This document shows positions 1 through 11,180 of a stretch of 64,000 nucleotides of DNA, piece by piece. The notes beneath the pieces are model-generated. The model ran no database searches and had not been told where the DNA came from. It worked only from the letters and a program-made list of their open reading frames with translations. Source of the DNA: Anthoceros angustus (Eukaryota; Plantae; Anthocerotophyta); the NCBI GenBank assembly GCA_010909165.1, contig MU008159.1:2170001-2234000 (forward strand). Direction: 5' to 3'. The translations under genes were made by a program, and so were the position numbers. Within the stretch, counting starts at the first letter, position 1. Each line of letters begins with the position of its first letter.

Positions 1-6
1 AGCACT

Positions 7-303
7 CTACCGCACTGCACTGCGCGCTGCTCTGGACTGCACTGCACTGCACTGCACTGCTCTGCAACCAGGTTGCCGCGGTTCCCGCGAATCTGCGGAT
101 GCGGCGGCTTCTGCGAAATGGGCCAACATGAGCGGGGTGAGAAAAGCGCTCCATACGTGTAGCAGGCCAGTGGGAGGCAAATTTTGGCGTCCACGGGACT
201 CCGGCTGGATTGACGATTGACGCGGCGAGGCGGGCGGGCTGCCCCCAAGGCGTTTTGTGGGTCCTTGTTGGGTTGACCCGACGCCACCCTGTTGGCCGCC
301 CAT
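7..303 (-). CDS. Possible first exon of a gene divergent from murB, running off the window edge
   Basis: ATG at 303 gives a low-complexity N-terminus followed by a hydrophobic stretch (LLHVWSAFLTPLMLAHFAEAAASA). It lies head-to-head with murB, 226 bp away. No family recognised, and the 3' part is a (GCAGT)n microsatellite. Confidence 0.25.
   Translation of the reverse strand: MGGQQGGVGSTQQGPTKRLGGSPPASPRQSSIQPESRGRQNLPPTGLLHVWSAFLTPLMLAHFAEAAASADSREPRQPGCRAVQCSAVQSRAARSAVR
12..60. repeat. (GCACT)n pentanucleotide microsatellite
   Basis: Directly visible gcactgcactgcact runs. Confidence 0.85.
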
Positions 304-406
304 GAATTTGCCCTCCTCCGCATGACATAAACGCAGGCTATTGCTATTGCCATTGCATAACCCGAGTCTTTCTTTGACTGCGTTCCGTTATGGCGGTTGC
401 GGGAGC

Positions 407-492
407 CGGGTCCCGGGACCCGCGCCACAGCTTAAGTTAGGGCGAACGGACGGAGTTACCTGCCGCTTCGCTTCGTCTTGCTTCTAGGGTTT
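407..492 (+). promoter_or_regulatory. murB proximal promoter/5'UTR with a 16-bp palindrome and a telo-box
   Basis: Perfect palindrome CGGGTCCCGGGACCCG at 407-422 (GGNCCC core, TCP/site-II-like) and telo-box TAGGGTTT at 485-492. Confidence 0.45.
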
Positions 493-529
493 CACGGCTG
501 GACGCTAAGCTCAGTGCTCGGGCGCGCGC

Positions 530-1838
530 ATGGCTGTCGCCGCCGCAGGCTGCGCATGGCGGCACCCGGCGCAGCAGCAGCAGCGGCACGGGGAGGAGAC
601 GCTGCTCGGGCGGGTTGCTGCGCGCAGGATTCGCGCTTGCGCTTGCGTCGGCGGCGGCGTGGTGGTGGAGGAGGAGGATGAGGTGTTTCGGGGATTCACC
701 AAGGGGAGGCTGCTCAGCGAAGTGAGTACGTGGGGGATCGGGGGGCCTGCGACCTACTTTGCGGAGGTGACGGATTCGGTGCGCTTGGCTGCTTGTTTGA
801 GGTGAGGGTTTTTCCGTGCTTCAAGACTTGGTTAGGTTTTCGGATTTGGAGTTGGTGACGTGAGTTGAATGAATGAGAGCGGTTTCGGTTGGCGTCCAGA
901 TACTGCCAAAGGCACAACCTTCGGTATTTTGTGTTAGGAAAGGGCTCCAATTGTCTGTTTGATGACCGTGGATTTGATGGATTAGTGCTGCTCAACCGGA
1001 TCGACTTCGTCCAGAGCTCCGGGGCAGGGATATACCGCGTGGGTAGTGGCCACGCCTTCAACCTGCTGGGGATCCGCTGCTCCAAGGAAGGGTTTTCTGG
1101 GTTGGAGTTTGCATGTGGGATCCCTGGCACTGTGGGAGGAGCCGTGTATATGAACGCTGGGGCGGACGGGCAGGTGGGTGGTTCTTGACTGCCGTGAATG
1201 GAAGGGTTGCGTTGCCGTGGTGGCTCCTCTGCCCTCACACCCGTGTGGTCTGCCTTGCAGCAAACTTCGGATGCTCTCACAGCTGTAGAAGTGGTGACTG
1301 GAGACGGGGAGGTTCGTGTCCTGTCCAAAGAAAAGGGCCAGCTTCAGTATGGATATCGGTCGTCACCTTTCCAGCAAATGCAGGGCTTCTGTGCCATCAC
1401 TGCTGCTACTTTCCAGTTGTCCGTAAGCGTCAGTGCCAGAGAGAGACAAAGGTCGTACCTAGACAGGTACGTCCCTGGGCTGCTGTCGCTGTCATGAACC
1501 TGCCCGAGTCTCATCCCTCTCGTCACTAAAGTCCCTCCCCTTCTTTCAGGAGAAAGAGATCCCAGCCCGTGACTGAGCGCACTGCTGGCTGTGTGTTCCG
1601 GAATCCCGGCGTCGGGGGGCTCTCTGCCGGGGCCCTCATCGACCAGGCTGGTCTCAAGGGTGTCCGAGTTGGTGAGGCAGCGGTTTCAGAGTTGCATGCC
1701 AACTTTCTGGTGAACCTAGGGAGCTCCAAGGCTGCCGATATGCTGTCCCTGATCTCGCTTGTCAAAGAGCGGGTTCGCGAGACATCTGGAGTAGATCTGC
1801 ACGAGGAAATTATCTTTGTACCTTACACTCTCGTGTAG
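530..1838 (+). CDS. murB: UDP-N-acetylenolpyruvoylglucosamine reductase (plastid peptidoglycan pathway), 4 exons, 346 aa
   Basis: Exons 530-801, 900-1173, 1261-1466 and 1550-1838, with GT-AG introns of 98, 87 and 83 bp, splice in frame (1041 nt). MurB motifs: WGIGGPA, GKGSNCLF, GLEFACGIPGTVGGAVYMNAGA, YGYRSS, RSQP..AGCVFRNP, VSELHANFLVN. An Ala/Arg-rich N-terminal extension resembles a transit peptide. Confidence 0.95.
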
Positions 1839-2132
1839 TTTACAAGAATCGTAAATCGCTGAGACTTGCTGTGTCTGCTACTTGTCGTCAGGTAGTGGGT
1901 GGTTTGAGGGTGTGCTCCAGTTCTGCAACTTGTTTGAAGGTCCTATGGGAGGTGGAATGTTCAAAGTTTCCTCTTGCCAAGTTACCTTCAGAAAGCAAAG
2001 TCACCGATGGCCTATGTGGAGCACGCCTGACCTGTGGCAGGCCTCCTGGCTCGGTTGGTGACGACACCTGATGTACCTACGCTACACCATCCCAAACGCC
2101 GCAGCATTCATCTGCGGCCAGCAAGTATGGTG

Positions 2133-2480
2133 TCATGTTTCATAGAAGTGAAACGATGACGAATCTGTTGCTCTAACGGAGAATCTGTAGAAGTACATCC
2201 CAATGTCTGGGGCGGGCTGTTGGCACTTCCATCCGAAGCGCCAATCAACCAACCCGTGGTGTGAGTAATGGCCAAAGATTCCACGGCGAGCTAATCCCGA
2301 GATAAATGCGCAGAGGTTGCAAGTGTCAGCAACAAATTGCCTCTGCTGCGGCCCGACAACCGTCAAAGCAGAGCAAGGTGGTTGTGCGGCGCCGCTTAGA
2401 TACGCGTAACTGAATCTCGAGGCGCGGAGTCCTGGACTTGGCGGCCACCAGCGAGCGCAGCAGAGCCGAGCTGCTCTCAT
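2133..2480 (-). CDS. Hypothetical 115-aa ORF convergent with murB
   Basis: TATAAAGG at ~2530-2537 on the minus strand, a (GGCAGT)n leader, then ATG at 2480. No family recognised. Confidence 0.25.
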   Translation of the reverse strand: MRAARLCCARWWPPSPGLRASRFSYAYLSGAAQPPCSALTVVGPQQRQFVADTCNLCAFISGLARRGIFGHYSHHGLVDWRFGWKCQQPAPDIGMYFYRFSVRATDSSSFHFYET

Positions 2481-3393
2481 TGCTCTGCCACTGCCACTGC
2501 CACTGCCACTGCCTTGCCTTCCTAGATCGTCCTTTATACCGATCTCTGAGCGCCTGGCCGCCTGGCCGCCTGGCGGGCCAGCTGCTGCACACAGGTCTCA
2601 TCACTCAGCCTTGGCGGCCCCCGCCACTCACTCTCCGCCCGGCGCCGGCCTGGGCTCAGCTCGGCTCGGCGTCCTCAGCCTGATCCGATCACCCGGTCCC
2701 GAGATCGAACCCGTTGGAAGTGAGCCGCTGCCCTCCAACTGTTGACTGACTCGTCCTTCTCTCATGAAGATGAAAGAGAATTCCGCGTCATCGCTCCATC
2801 CAGCCGGCTGAACGGCTGCTGAACCCGCCGGCGCTCATCGCACCTCTCGGTAACCCTGATGTTGCGAAAACTGGTGCGCCGACGGCAGCCGGCTGCGAGC
2901 CGCGGCGAGCTGGTACACTGCACCTGGACCGCATCCGATGCTCTGCCGTCGAGCCTACAGCCCCCGAGCGCTGCGATGCGCTGCGATGCGATGCGAGGCG
3001 GGAATTGCGTGCGCACAAATCGATCCATCGAGGACTTGCAATGGTCATTGATTAGCCGGCCGATATTGCGTGCAATGGGCGTTCGGTGTGAGACATAGAT
3101 TGACAGCGTTGTTGTACGCAATTTGATGATACAAAGGTGAAGCTAAGGAAATGAGCTAGGCTACTCGCAGGGCTGCCTCATGCTTTCATTTGCGCTGCAC
3201 AAAATGAACCAACCACTGGGCTCCACAGACTCCTCCTACAAAAAAAAAAGCTACAGCATCGAAGGAGAAGGAAGCCTTGTAGACTAATTGCGAGGCTAAT
3301 TGCAAGTCCCTGAATTCTACTTCTCCCGCCCGCGCCGACGACGTCCTAGCATTGAGCCTGCAGTGGCATACAAAAAGAGGAAGAAGGATGGAG

Positions 3394-3885
3394 TCAAGCT
3401 CCGAACCACACCAAGTGGGTGGTGGTGTCGAGATCGTAGTGATGGCTGCTGGATGACGAGTCCAGCCCCAGGTGCAGCGCGGTGTCGTAGTCGTGGTCGG
3501 AGCCGTCCCGGCGGCCGCCCTTGTGCGCGTCGCTGTCCTTGGACCTGCGGTTGCCCGCGGAGCAGGAGCCCCGCGATCGGCCCAGCCGCAGCTCCAGGTC
3601 CAGGTCCAGGTCCAGGTCCCGGTCGGCCCCTTCCTCCGCCTCCTCCGCCTGTGCGTAGTGCTGGGTTCTGAGGCTGGAGTCGGAATCGGGCGTGGCGTCC
3701 ACCAGGTCGCGCAGCGCCGTGAGCAGGAAGTCGTCGCCCCGGCGGCGGGCGTCCGCGAAGAATTTGGTGGCCTGCGCGTCCGACCAATTCCGTTGGTATA
3801 TCGCGTTCAGGATGCCGCTCATCATCGGCCCCGACACCCGCTCTTCCAGGCCCGCCAGCCAGGTGACCCACTCGGGGCTGCCCAT
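3394..3885 (-). CDS. Single-exon 163-aa protein with an EAR repression motif (DLDLDLDLELRLG)
   Basis: The first ATG of the open frame is at 3885 (MGSPEWVTWLAGLEERVSGPMMSGILNAIYQRNWSDAQATKFFADARRRGDDFLLTALRDL...). It has the DLELRLG motif, a second LxLxL (ALHLGL), GC3-rich codons and a pyrimidine-rich leader upstream. Confidence 0.7.
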   Translation of the reverse strand: MGSPEWVTWLAGLEERVSGPMMSGILNAIYQRNWSDAQATKFFADARRRGDDFLLTALRDLVDATPDSDSSLRTQHYAQAEEAEEGADRDLDLDLDLELRLGRSRGSCSAGNRRSKDSDAHKGGRRDGSDHDYDTALHLGLDSSSSSHHYDLDTTTHLVWFGA

Positions 3886-6301
3886 AGCTGCCGCTAAGCC
3901 TTGCGATTGCACGGCCTGCTGCTTGCGTCTCCTGCTGATGCTGGTTGCGGCTTTGGGGTGGAATTGAGATGGGTTGGGTGAAAATATGTGGGAACGGAGC
4001 CGGATGACGGATCCGGAGGAAGTCGACTCCCGGAGCGGAGCCCAGGACTGAGGAAGGAAACGCAAAGGGGGGGAGGAAAACGGCGGGCCGGGGGCGAGTG
4101 AGAGAGGCACAAGACAAGACAGACGGGACGCTCCCCACCCCAGAGAGAAGAGCGGAGAAGGCTGACTGGAGAAGCAGTAGCCTGCAGCCCAGAGCTTTGT
4201 GCACACAATGACGCTTGAGGGAATCTCGAGAGAATCCTCCTTTATGTAAAAAAGCGGGCACGCTGCGGGCTTGCGAGATCACGTGCCCGTTTCAGCCACC
4301 ACCCTAAACCCATCAATCTAACATCGGCCTCGCCCTGCCTCCTGCCTCGCCACGCCGCTTACATGCGGGTGTTAGATTCTAGTACCATTCTAAGTGGGCG
4401 GTTAAGATTCTACTGGATCTTGACGCAGTTTTCACTTATGGGCCATCGTCAATTTGGTGACCAGTTGATTACATTCCACGCCCGTCCATGGAGCCCTTTG
4501 ATTCCACCGGGAACAAGACCGGTGCTGCCGGAATATCATATGCCTTCTTCCCTCACAACGTCCGCTCTTGTACTATCCAATATGCACCCACATGTAGGTA
4601 CTACCTACAGGAACACGGTCTCCCAACTGTGCACTGCGAAATCAAATCGAAATTGAATGAGGTTGGATTTGGCTGCGGGAATAAGGCTGTTGCGGAATAT
4701 CTGATGGGTGGACTTTGGTGCAGCAGCCGGGAGACTCAGTGGGTACGCTGTACTTAAACGAGGTGGGAGAGAGAATTCGTTTCTGTTTGGGGAAATGAGC
4801 AAAGTCTGATGTGGGCTGTGGGATATGGGGAAAGCGGGGTTCTTCCCTTAAATGCCCCAAGTGCTCTCAAAATGCTCTCATCTTAACGACCTGACCTTGG
4901 ATAGATAGGGCATTTGTATAGGGCAGCTAAAAAGCTTCCGTATTTTGGAAAGAAAGGTTTTTACTCAAAAGGAGGGCCAACTTCAGATTCCACATAGCAT
5001 TACCTCTTGTGGCGACTTTGACGAGGATGATAGTGGTTAACGGTCTGCAGCCGGGTGATGAGCTCAAGAACCAACTCAAACCCTCATGAAACAGACACAA
5101 TCAGGGGTTTACATGTTGCAAACACCCGCCCAGGATAGTGGATGATGGTTGCAGGAGAGAATCACTGATGCCTGTGGAAGTGAAATCGATAGCAACCCAA
5201 GTCCCAGCCCAGCGTATTTCGAAGCCTGCCTTACCCGTTACCAGGTTCAGGGTTCCGGTTCCGATTCCGATTACCCCTGCTGCCTACAGTAGTGCGCGCA
5301 AGTGCGCTGCAGATGTGGCAGCAAACAGGACAGATGACTTCAGCGCTGTTTTGTCCTCCCGGGCTTGTCGCCCATCTCCAAACGATCACATAAGCCAAGG
5401 GGACGGGAAGAAGATGTCCGAATGCAACACACAAATCCAGGATTCCAGATGAGACGCGTTAGTATCCATGCTACCACCCATTGTGGGTCCATTTGGCGTG
5501 AACCCCTCCGGGTACCGGTGAGGTGAAAGAGTCAAAGAAACCTTTTCACGGAATTTTTCACACCAGAAAAGTAGACCATTTGTACATTGAGATAGGGAAC
5601 GAGTCTGAGCAGATCACTTGCGAATGTCAAGCATCTCACACCAGAGTCTTTCCGATGCAAGCCATCGATGAGCCCATCTAGTTCTTGGAGAGCTGGGCAG
5701 ATATCAGTCAAGAGTTAATTCTTGTCGCCCCGAGGCAAGTCTACACAACTTGCACGGTTTGGAACAAAACCCCTCGACATATAAGGATTAACACAACAAA
5801 ATGAATTGATGTGGTCTTCGGTAGTAATCACCTTGACGTCTCTCGGACTAACTACTCTCAAGGATCATTTACCACATGAAGGATTGCCATAAGTTAAGGC
5901 ACAACTGTGCAGGACTCAAACTGAAGAGACAGGACCTAAAGGTCAGACGAGAAATACCAGCTGACCTCAACCCACCTCTTGTCGTTGGGAATGCAGGATT
6001 GTACAAGCCAACCACTTGCACAATCTGATTGAGGCACACGTCGTTCCATCATCAATGCAGGCTACTACAAGTAGCATGCAAAATCTGGGATATTTTTATC
6101 TTACATCCTCCCTCAATCGAACTCCAGCAACTTGATGCTGACAATAAACCGACTCGGATGCTCAGATCAAGAGAACCTGACAAGAGGACAGCCAATTCCA
6201 TCTCATAGCCTCCGGTTCCGTCAACCTGCAACTTTCCACCTCACTCCTCTGTGGTGCAATCCCCACTTCACTGAAACATATCCACACCTCTGCTCGAGTC
6301 C

Positions 6302-8230
6302 TCAAGATCCATAGAAAGCTATGTCTTCTTCGAAGAAAAATTCTAAAGGCCCTTCTATAGGCCCTCCGAAATCAAACGTATTGTCAAACACATCATCTGG
6401 TAAAGGTATATCCTCTTGAGGTGGTTCAAACTGGCCATCCAAAATCTGGCTGCTTGAAGTGTTGCCCTGAACAGCTCCGTTGCCCACTCCCCAGTCGTAG
6501 CTGTGCCCATACCGTGCACCTTGATCTCTACTTTCCATCCTCATTCCTGTAGCACTACTCATTGAAACCTGCCCATTCCCATGGCCCTGGCCATCCATCA
6601 GGGGACGAATCTCCACGTTGGCAGAATTGTTCTCGGACCTCCCATACACACCGGTAAAGAATTCCTGCAAAGGCTGTTGGCTCCTGGCTCCCATCTTGTG
6701 ACCAGCGACAGCCAAAGACACAAAGCTATTGGTGCCCTGATTCATGCCCTCCACTCCCGCTTGGAACATGCCTTTCCCTGCTCCTGCCTGTAAACTATGA
6801 TGCGCTGAACCATTTTGCACGTACATGGTACCACTTGGCTCGAACTGATGCGAGCAGGCAATTTGATGAGAGTTCCTGGCGTTTCTATCAACAAAACCAT
6901 GTGCTGCGTCATGATGGTGACAAGCTTCGTACTGGCAGGTAAAAGCCATGTTATCAATGGGTGATGACTCCTCTCCTAACCTTCTCTTCCTCCAGTTGTC
7001 TCCTTCCTGTGCTCTTGGAGCCACCTGCTGGACATTTTGGTCTTCCCCCTCATTCGGTCTCTGACCAGCCTTTTGTTCAGGAAACAAAGGAGGCCGATTA
7101 CCATTCATGTTGCTGTCACTGTACCCATCTACTGTTGCCGAGGGAGGGCGTTGCCGTGATGGCAGGCTTCCGGCAATTACCTCATACTGGTCTACATCTC
7201 CTTCCGGACCATCTTCATGCGCTCCCTTGTCATTGAGGAACTGTTCAAAACCGTCCACATCATACTCACTGGCACTATTGGCTGGCAAGAATGAAGACGC
7301 ATCAGTAGTCCCATGGTTGGCACTGCCATTGATGACACCTCCGGACTTGTTCATCTGGCGAGCAAGGGTCTCTTCCTGCTGCAAAACAGACAGCCAGGTA
7401 GCACTCTCCTTGGCAGTCATCTTGTCCTGCAGGCACTTGGACTGTCTCACCAGCTTCCTGATTTTAGTTATGTCAGGAGACATGTGCTTGATGACAGCGG
7501 TGAGCACACCCACCTTCCAGGCCTTCTTCAAATCATGGGGCTTCTTGTAGGGAGGGGCTCCCTGCCCCTTGGACAGCCCCACCTCGGGCCACCAGTCCTC
7601 ATTTCCCGAGGGCCACCAGGGGGGAGGCTGGCCTTTCTCCAAGGGATACCTCCGCTGCGGAGGCTCACAGTGCTGCATGAGCGCAGAAAGCAGCGAACCC
7701 AGAGTGGTGTCCTGCAGCTCCTGCAGCGTGTGGGGGGTGGGAGCAGCCGCTGCCACCCCCTCCAGCTTCCCAGGAACGCTGTGCTCAGCCTGGTACTTGG
7801 CTATGGCAGCCGGCCCATTCCTGTCGAACCTGACCTTCTCCTTCCACCAAGCCCTGATGTTGTCAGACGCCCCGCTCACCGGCTTCCCCTTCTCCGGAAT
7901 GATGCCGTACACGAACCCCTGCGCCTTGCACACCTCCATCATCTTGAGCATGTACTTGAGGATGCCGTCCTGGGCCCGGGACATTTTCTTCCTCCTGGCC
8001 TGCTCATGCGACTGCTTCTGCTTCGGCTTCTCGTTCGCCTCCTTGGTCTTCTGCATCTCCTTCATGCGCTTATGCCTAAGCCGGTCCTTCCACATGCGCT
8101 TCTCCAGCTCGTCGATCTCGATGATCTCATCGTCGCTGAGATCATCCTGCGTGCCGTCCCCGTCGTTGTCCCCCCCGAAGTCCCCCATGTCCCCGTTCCC
8201 GCAGTACGCCAGCTCGTCGCTGAGATCCAT
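6302..8230 (-). CDS. EIN3: ETHYLENE INSENSITIVE 3 / EIL transcription factor, 642 aa, intronless CDS
   Basis: Diagnostic EIN3-domain motifs: [133 protein letters not shown]. Confidence 0.97.
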   Translation of the reverse strand: MDLSDELAYCGNGDMGDFGGDNDGDGTQDDLSDDEIIEIDELEKRMWKDRLRHKRMKEMQKTKEANEKPKQKQSHEQARRKKMSRAQDGILKYMLKMMEVCKAQGFVYGIIPEKGKPVSGASDNIRAWWKEKVRFDRNGPAAIAKYQAEHSVPGKLEGVAAAAPTPHTLQELQDTTLGSLLSALMQHCEPPQRRYPLEKGQPPPWWPSGNEDWWPEVGLSKGQGAPPYKKPHDLKKAWKVGVLTAVIKHMSPDITKIRKLVRQSKCLQDKMTAKESATWLSVLQQEETLARQMNKSGGVINGSANHGTTDASSFLPANSASEYDVDGFEQFLNDKGAHEDGPEGDVDQYEVIAGSLPSRQRPPSATVDGYSDSNMNGNRPPLFPEQKAGQRPNEGEDQNVQQVAPRAQEGDNWRKRRLGEESSPIDNMAFTCQYEACHHHDAAHGFVDRNARNSHQIACSHQFEPSGTMYVQNGSAHHSLQAGAGKGMFQAGVEGMNQGTNSFVSLAVAGHKMGARSQQPLQEFFTGVYGRSENNSANVEIRPLMDGQGHGNGQVSMSSATGMRMESRDQGARYGHSYDWGVGNGAVQGNTSSSQILDGQFEPPQEDIPLPDDVFDNTFDFGGPIEGPLEFFFEEDIAFYGS

Positions 8231-8282
8231 CTCAACCCCAGAGGCTCAAATCCGCCACACGCGGCAGGGACGCAGGCTCCTC

Positions 8283-8426
8283 CTACAAAGCCACTTCCCC
8301 GCCGCTCCCGATGGCCTTATGCAACCAAGCCCCGTCCCACGGATACCTCAAGGCCAGCCGTAGCCGAGTCAGGTGCTCCAGCTGCGGGCCGCCCTCATCC
8401 ACCCACGTACTTCTCGAAATCCTCAT
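8283..8426 (-). other. Candidate 47-codon uORF in the EIN3 leader
   Basis: ATG 8426 to TAG 8283 (MRISRSTWVDEGGPQLEHLTRLRLALRYPWDGAWLHKAIGSGGEVAL) ends 52 nt upstream of the EIN3 ATG. The transcript structure is unknown. Confidence 0.3.
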
Positions 8427-9173
8427 CTTCCAGCAAGAAGGCGAGCCCGCTCCTACATCCCGGCACCCGCATCCGCCAGCACTCCCACACCCCGCGGCCC
8501 TGCATCACCACAAAACCCAGCCGAGCGTGAATCCCCACCCATCGCATACCCCACACAATCCCAGCCTCAAATTCCGCCACTCCCCGATCCCCACCTCAAC
8601 CCCCGCTCGCAGCACCTTCAGCTTCAGCCGCGGGGGAAGATGCTCCAGCCGACACAGACAGCGGAGGCATGGAGCGATGCACGCGAGCTCGGGTCGCAGC
8701 AGCGAGGAAGGCTCGCTGTCGCTTCTACCACCGGCGGACCGTCTCTCGTTGCCTCTTTCCTCGTCTGTGGCGAAGGGAGCGCTGGCCCGCACCCGGCCTA
8801 AACTTCCTCTTCCGACACGGCTGTTCGCCCCGCAGCCCGGGGCTCGCATAATGTGGGGGCCCCGCTGCCCGAAAAAACTAAGTACCACGACCGGGCAAGC
8901 CGGGGCCCTGACGGCCGTGCAGGCCCGCCTGAGCATGGAGGACGTATAGTGCGGGCGGCGGATGAGCATTCATGCAGAGGCCCGGGGAGGGAGGCCCAGT
9001 ACAGGGTACAGCCCTTGGGGCCCCAGGCCTTGCCGTTCCCCGGGCGGCGTAGGGTCCGCATTCCGTAAGAGGGGAGTGTTGCGGCAGGTATAGGGCGGGG
9101 CCCTGCACGCGCTCTGACCGATGACCGATGTTCGGCACGCGAGCTCATGAGAGCTTTAATTTTTAATGTGCAG

Positions 9174-9230
9174 GCCCGGCCCGGGCCCCGGCCCCGCTCC
9201 CGGCCCCGCTCCCGGCCCCGCTCCCGGCCC
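9174..9230. repeat. 12-bp GC-only tandem repeat (CCCGGCCCCGCT) x3.7, G-quadruplex-prone on the minus strand
   Basis: Units at 9187, 9199 and 9211, plus a partial unit at 9223. Confidence 0.9.
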
Positions 9231-9471
9231 TGCACGTTGGCCTTTGGAATATGGGATTCTGGTACGCCGCTTCTCGGACTCCAGGACTGCCTACTCAAAG
9301 CTTGTGTCACCTGTACTGCTATCCACTCCCAAATCTTCCCGATTGCGTGCTAAGTTCATTGAATCTTTTCTAAGCTCGTCCTCCCAGAATCTCTCCCTAT
9401 TGCGGCCTTGCACGATAGACTGTCTCCATCGAACATCACCGTATGTTTTTCTCTCCCTCCGTCTTTCCTGA

Positions 9472-9991
9472 TTTTTTTTTCTTTGTAGGAAGGACCTTTG
9501 TACATATATATATTTCTTTTTTATATTAGATCAATGGAGACTATTAAAAAGAAGGGATGGGAAAATCTGTCCGCCCCAGGGCCAAGGGCCAAGAGCCAGT
9601 GGCGCTGGCCTCGAAGCAACCTACCGCCTCGATCATGGTCCGAGATGAGGAAAGGCCTACCGACCATTGGTGCCAACGACGCCACGTCTCCTGTGCTCGT
9701 TGCCGTCCTGTAAATAGCGTTGGCCACCGCCCTCTGCAGGGCGATGGATACCCGCTGTCGAAAGGAAGCCACCACCGAGGAAAGAGGGAGACCCACCTCG
9801 TTCCGACGACTGTGGTAGGCTTTAGCACAGTCCTTAATCAGCCGGGAAAAATCCTTGTCCATAGCCTTGTAGGTCTTAATGGCGAGGGGGATGAAAGCGT
9901 GGCCGTCATGCAAAGGTGTGTACTTGTGTACCTTAGCAGTCGCGCATCCCTCCACTGCCCAATCCGAAGGGGTTGATAATGACATGCTCAC
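9472..9991 (-). mobile_element. 5'-truncated non-LTR retrotransposon, C-terminal restriction-like endonuclease region (CRE-like)
   Basis: ORF 9521-9991 reads ATAKVHKY...HAFIPLAIKTY...FRQRVSIALQRAVANAI, the K-x2-KY / F-x-P / QR-x-S-x-ALQR signature of RLE-type elements. It is followed by a 9-nt poly(A) at 9472-9480 on the minus strand. Confidence 0.7.
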
Positions 9992-10302
9992 AATTGGAGT
10001 TTCGGGTAGGGTCCGTTACGACGCCATCCGCAACAAAGATTTAGAGCCCCCACGCGCGTGGGAACCCGGCACGCCCATTGAAGAATGAGACAACATACAT
10101 AATAAAATTCGCTTTCTATAAACTTCTAGAGGAACCTATGTGATTATTGAGGTCATATATATATTGTCATTCTCTTTTAGGACCCTTACGGACTGCCAAA
10201 CTCATATCAGTTCAATCGAGTAGTTTAATCCATCAAACTGTGTGCCAAGTGGATAGTTCAATTTCGAATTGAATAGTGCAATTTGAAAATCCAACTGAAG
10301 TA

Positions 10303-10857
10303 TCTAGCCAACTGTGCCTATCCAATAGAACTAAATTGGGGTCGATTTGAAGTAAACTCCCCATAATTGATACAAAAAAATAAAACAGACGTTGGTAAAA
10401 ACAAAATGTACAAAACATTCTTTTCCATCTTATTTCATTCGAACTATGGCTAATTCATAATGATTCAGTTCAGGGTCCAAACTAGGAGAAATCCAATTGG
10501 CAGTCAATCATTACTTGCTACGTCAACACATTGTCAGCGCACTGGTTGCCATGATGGATTACGCCCGTATGCCAGTTTGAGCTCAGTTTAATCTGATCTA
10601 GTTTGGAACTGAATCCAATTGGCTGTGAACCGAGCTCTAGCCAACTGTGCATAGCCAATAAAACTAAATTGGGGTCGATTGGAAGTGAACTCCCCATAAT
10701 TGATACCAAAAAAAAAAAGCGTTGGTACAAACAAAATGTACAACACATTCTTTTCCATCTTATTTCATTCGAACTATGGCTAATCCATAATGATTCAGTT
10801 CAGGGTCCAAACTGGGAGAAATCCAATTGGCAGTTAATCATTACTTGCTACGTCAAC
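10303..10857. repeat. Tandem direct repeat, ~225 bp x2 (10303-10527, 10637-10857)
   Basis: Shared text tctagccaactgtgc...ttacttgctacgtcaac. The intervening ~100 bp (10536-10636) recurs at 11212-11310. Confidence 0.9.
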
Positions 10858-11180
10858 CCAATATGTTACTGATACGTATGACTTAAGTATTAGACATGAT
10901 TTAACCAAGTTCTCAACCCTAAGTCTATATAAATTTTTATTAACTTTATACATTTTACTATGTTATCTAATTTTTATATATCGTATAAATTAACAATATA
11001 TCATATTTCAGCATAATTCAAGTCGGATAAGTTATGCGACACCAAGAGTTCCGCAAGGCTACAAGAAGCTCCACTACAACTCACGAGGTCCTCTCCGCTG
11101 GGCACATGTGCCGCTAAGCACAGTTGCAGCAGCCCTCTCCTTCCAAGCACCAAAACTCTATTGCATGAAACAAAATTTGG

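Noticed and set aside
530-1838. murB as bacterial contamination or recent HGT
   Set aside because: It has three spliceosomal introns, a transit-peptide-like extension and plant nuclear neighbours.
2780-3100. GC-rich segment with short palindromes as a pre-miRNA
   Set aside because: Only a 9-bp stem (2880-2888/2943-2951) and scattered short palindromes, with no extended duplex or known miRNA.
3317-4282. Longer 270-321 aa minus-strand ORFs overlapping the EAR gene
   Set aside because: They start at non-ATG codons in a pyrimidine-rich leader or are alternative frames. The first ATG at 3885 gives the coherent protein.
4363-5452. Short ORFs between the EAR gene and EIN3, and the 17-bp quasi-palindrome at 4593-4609 as an EIN3 site
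   Set aside because: No recognisable domains or splice structure, and the palindrome does not match the AYGWAYCT EIN3 consensus.
7313-8530. 405-aa plus-strand ORF (and others) antisense to EIN3
   Set aside because: Shadow frames of a GC3-rich coding sequence with no independent motifs.
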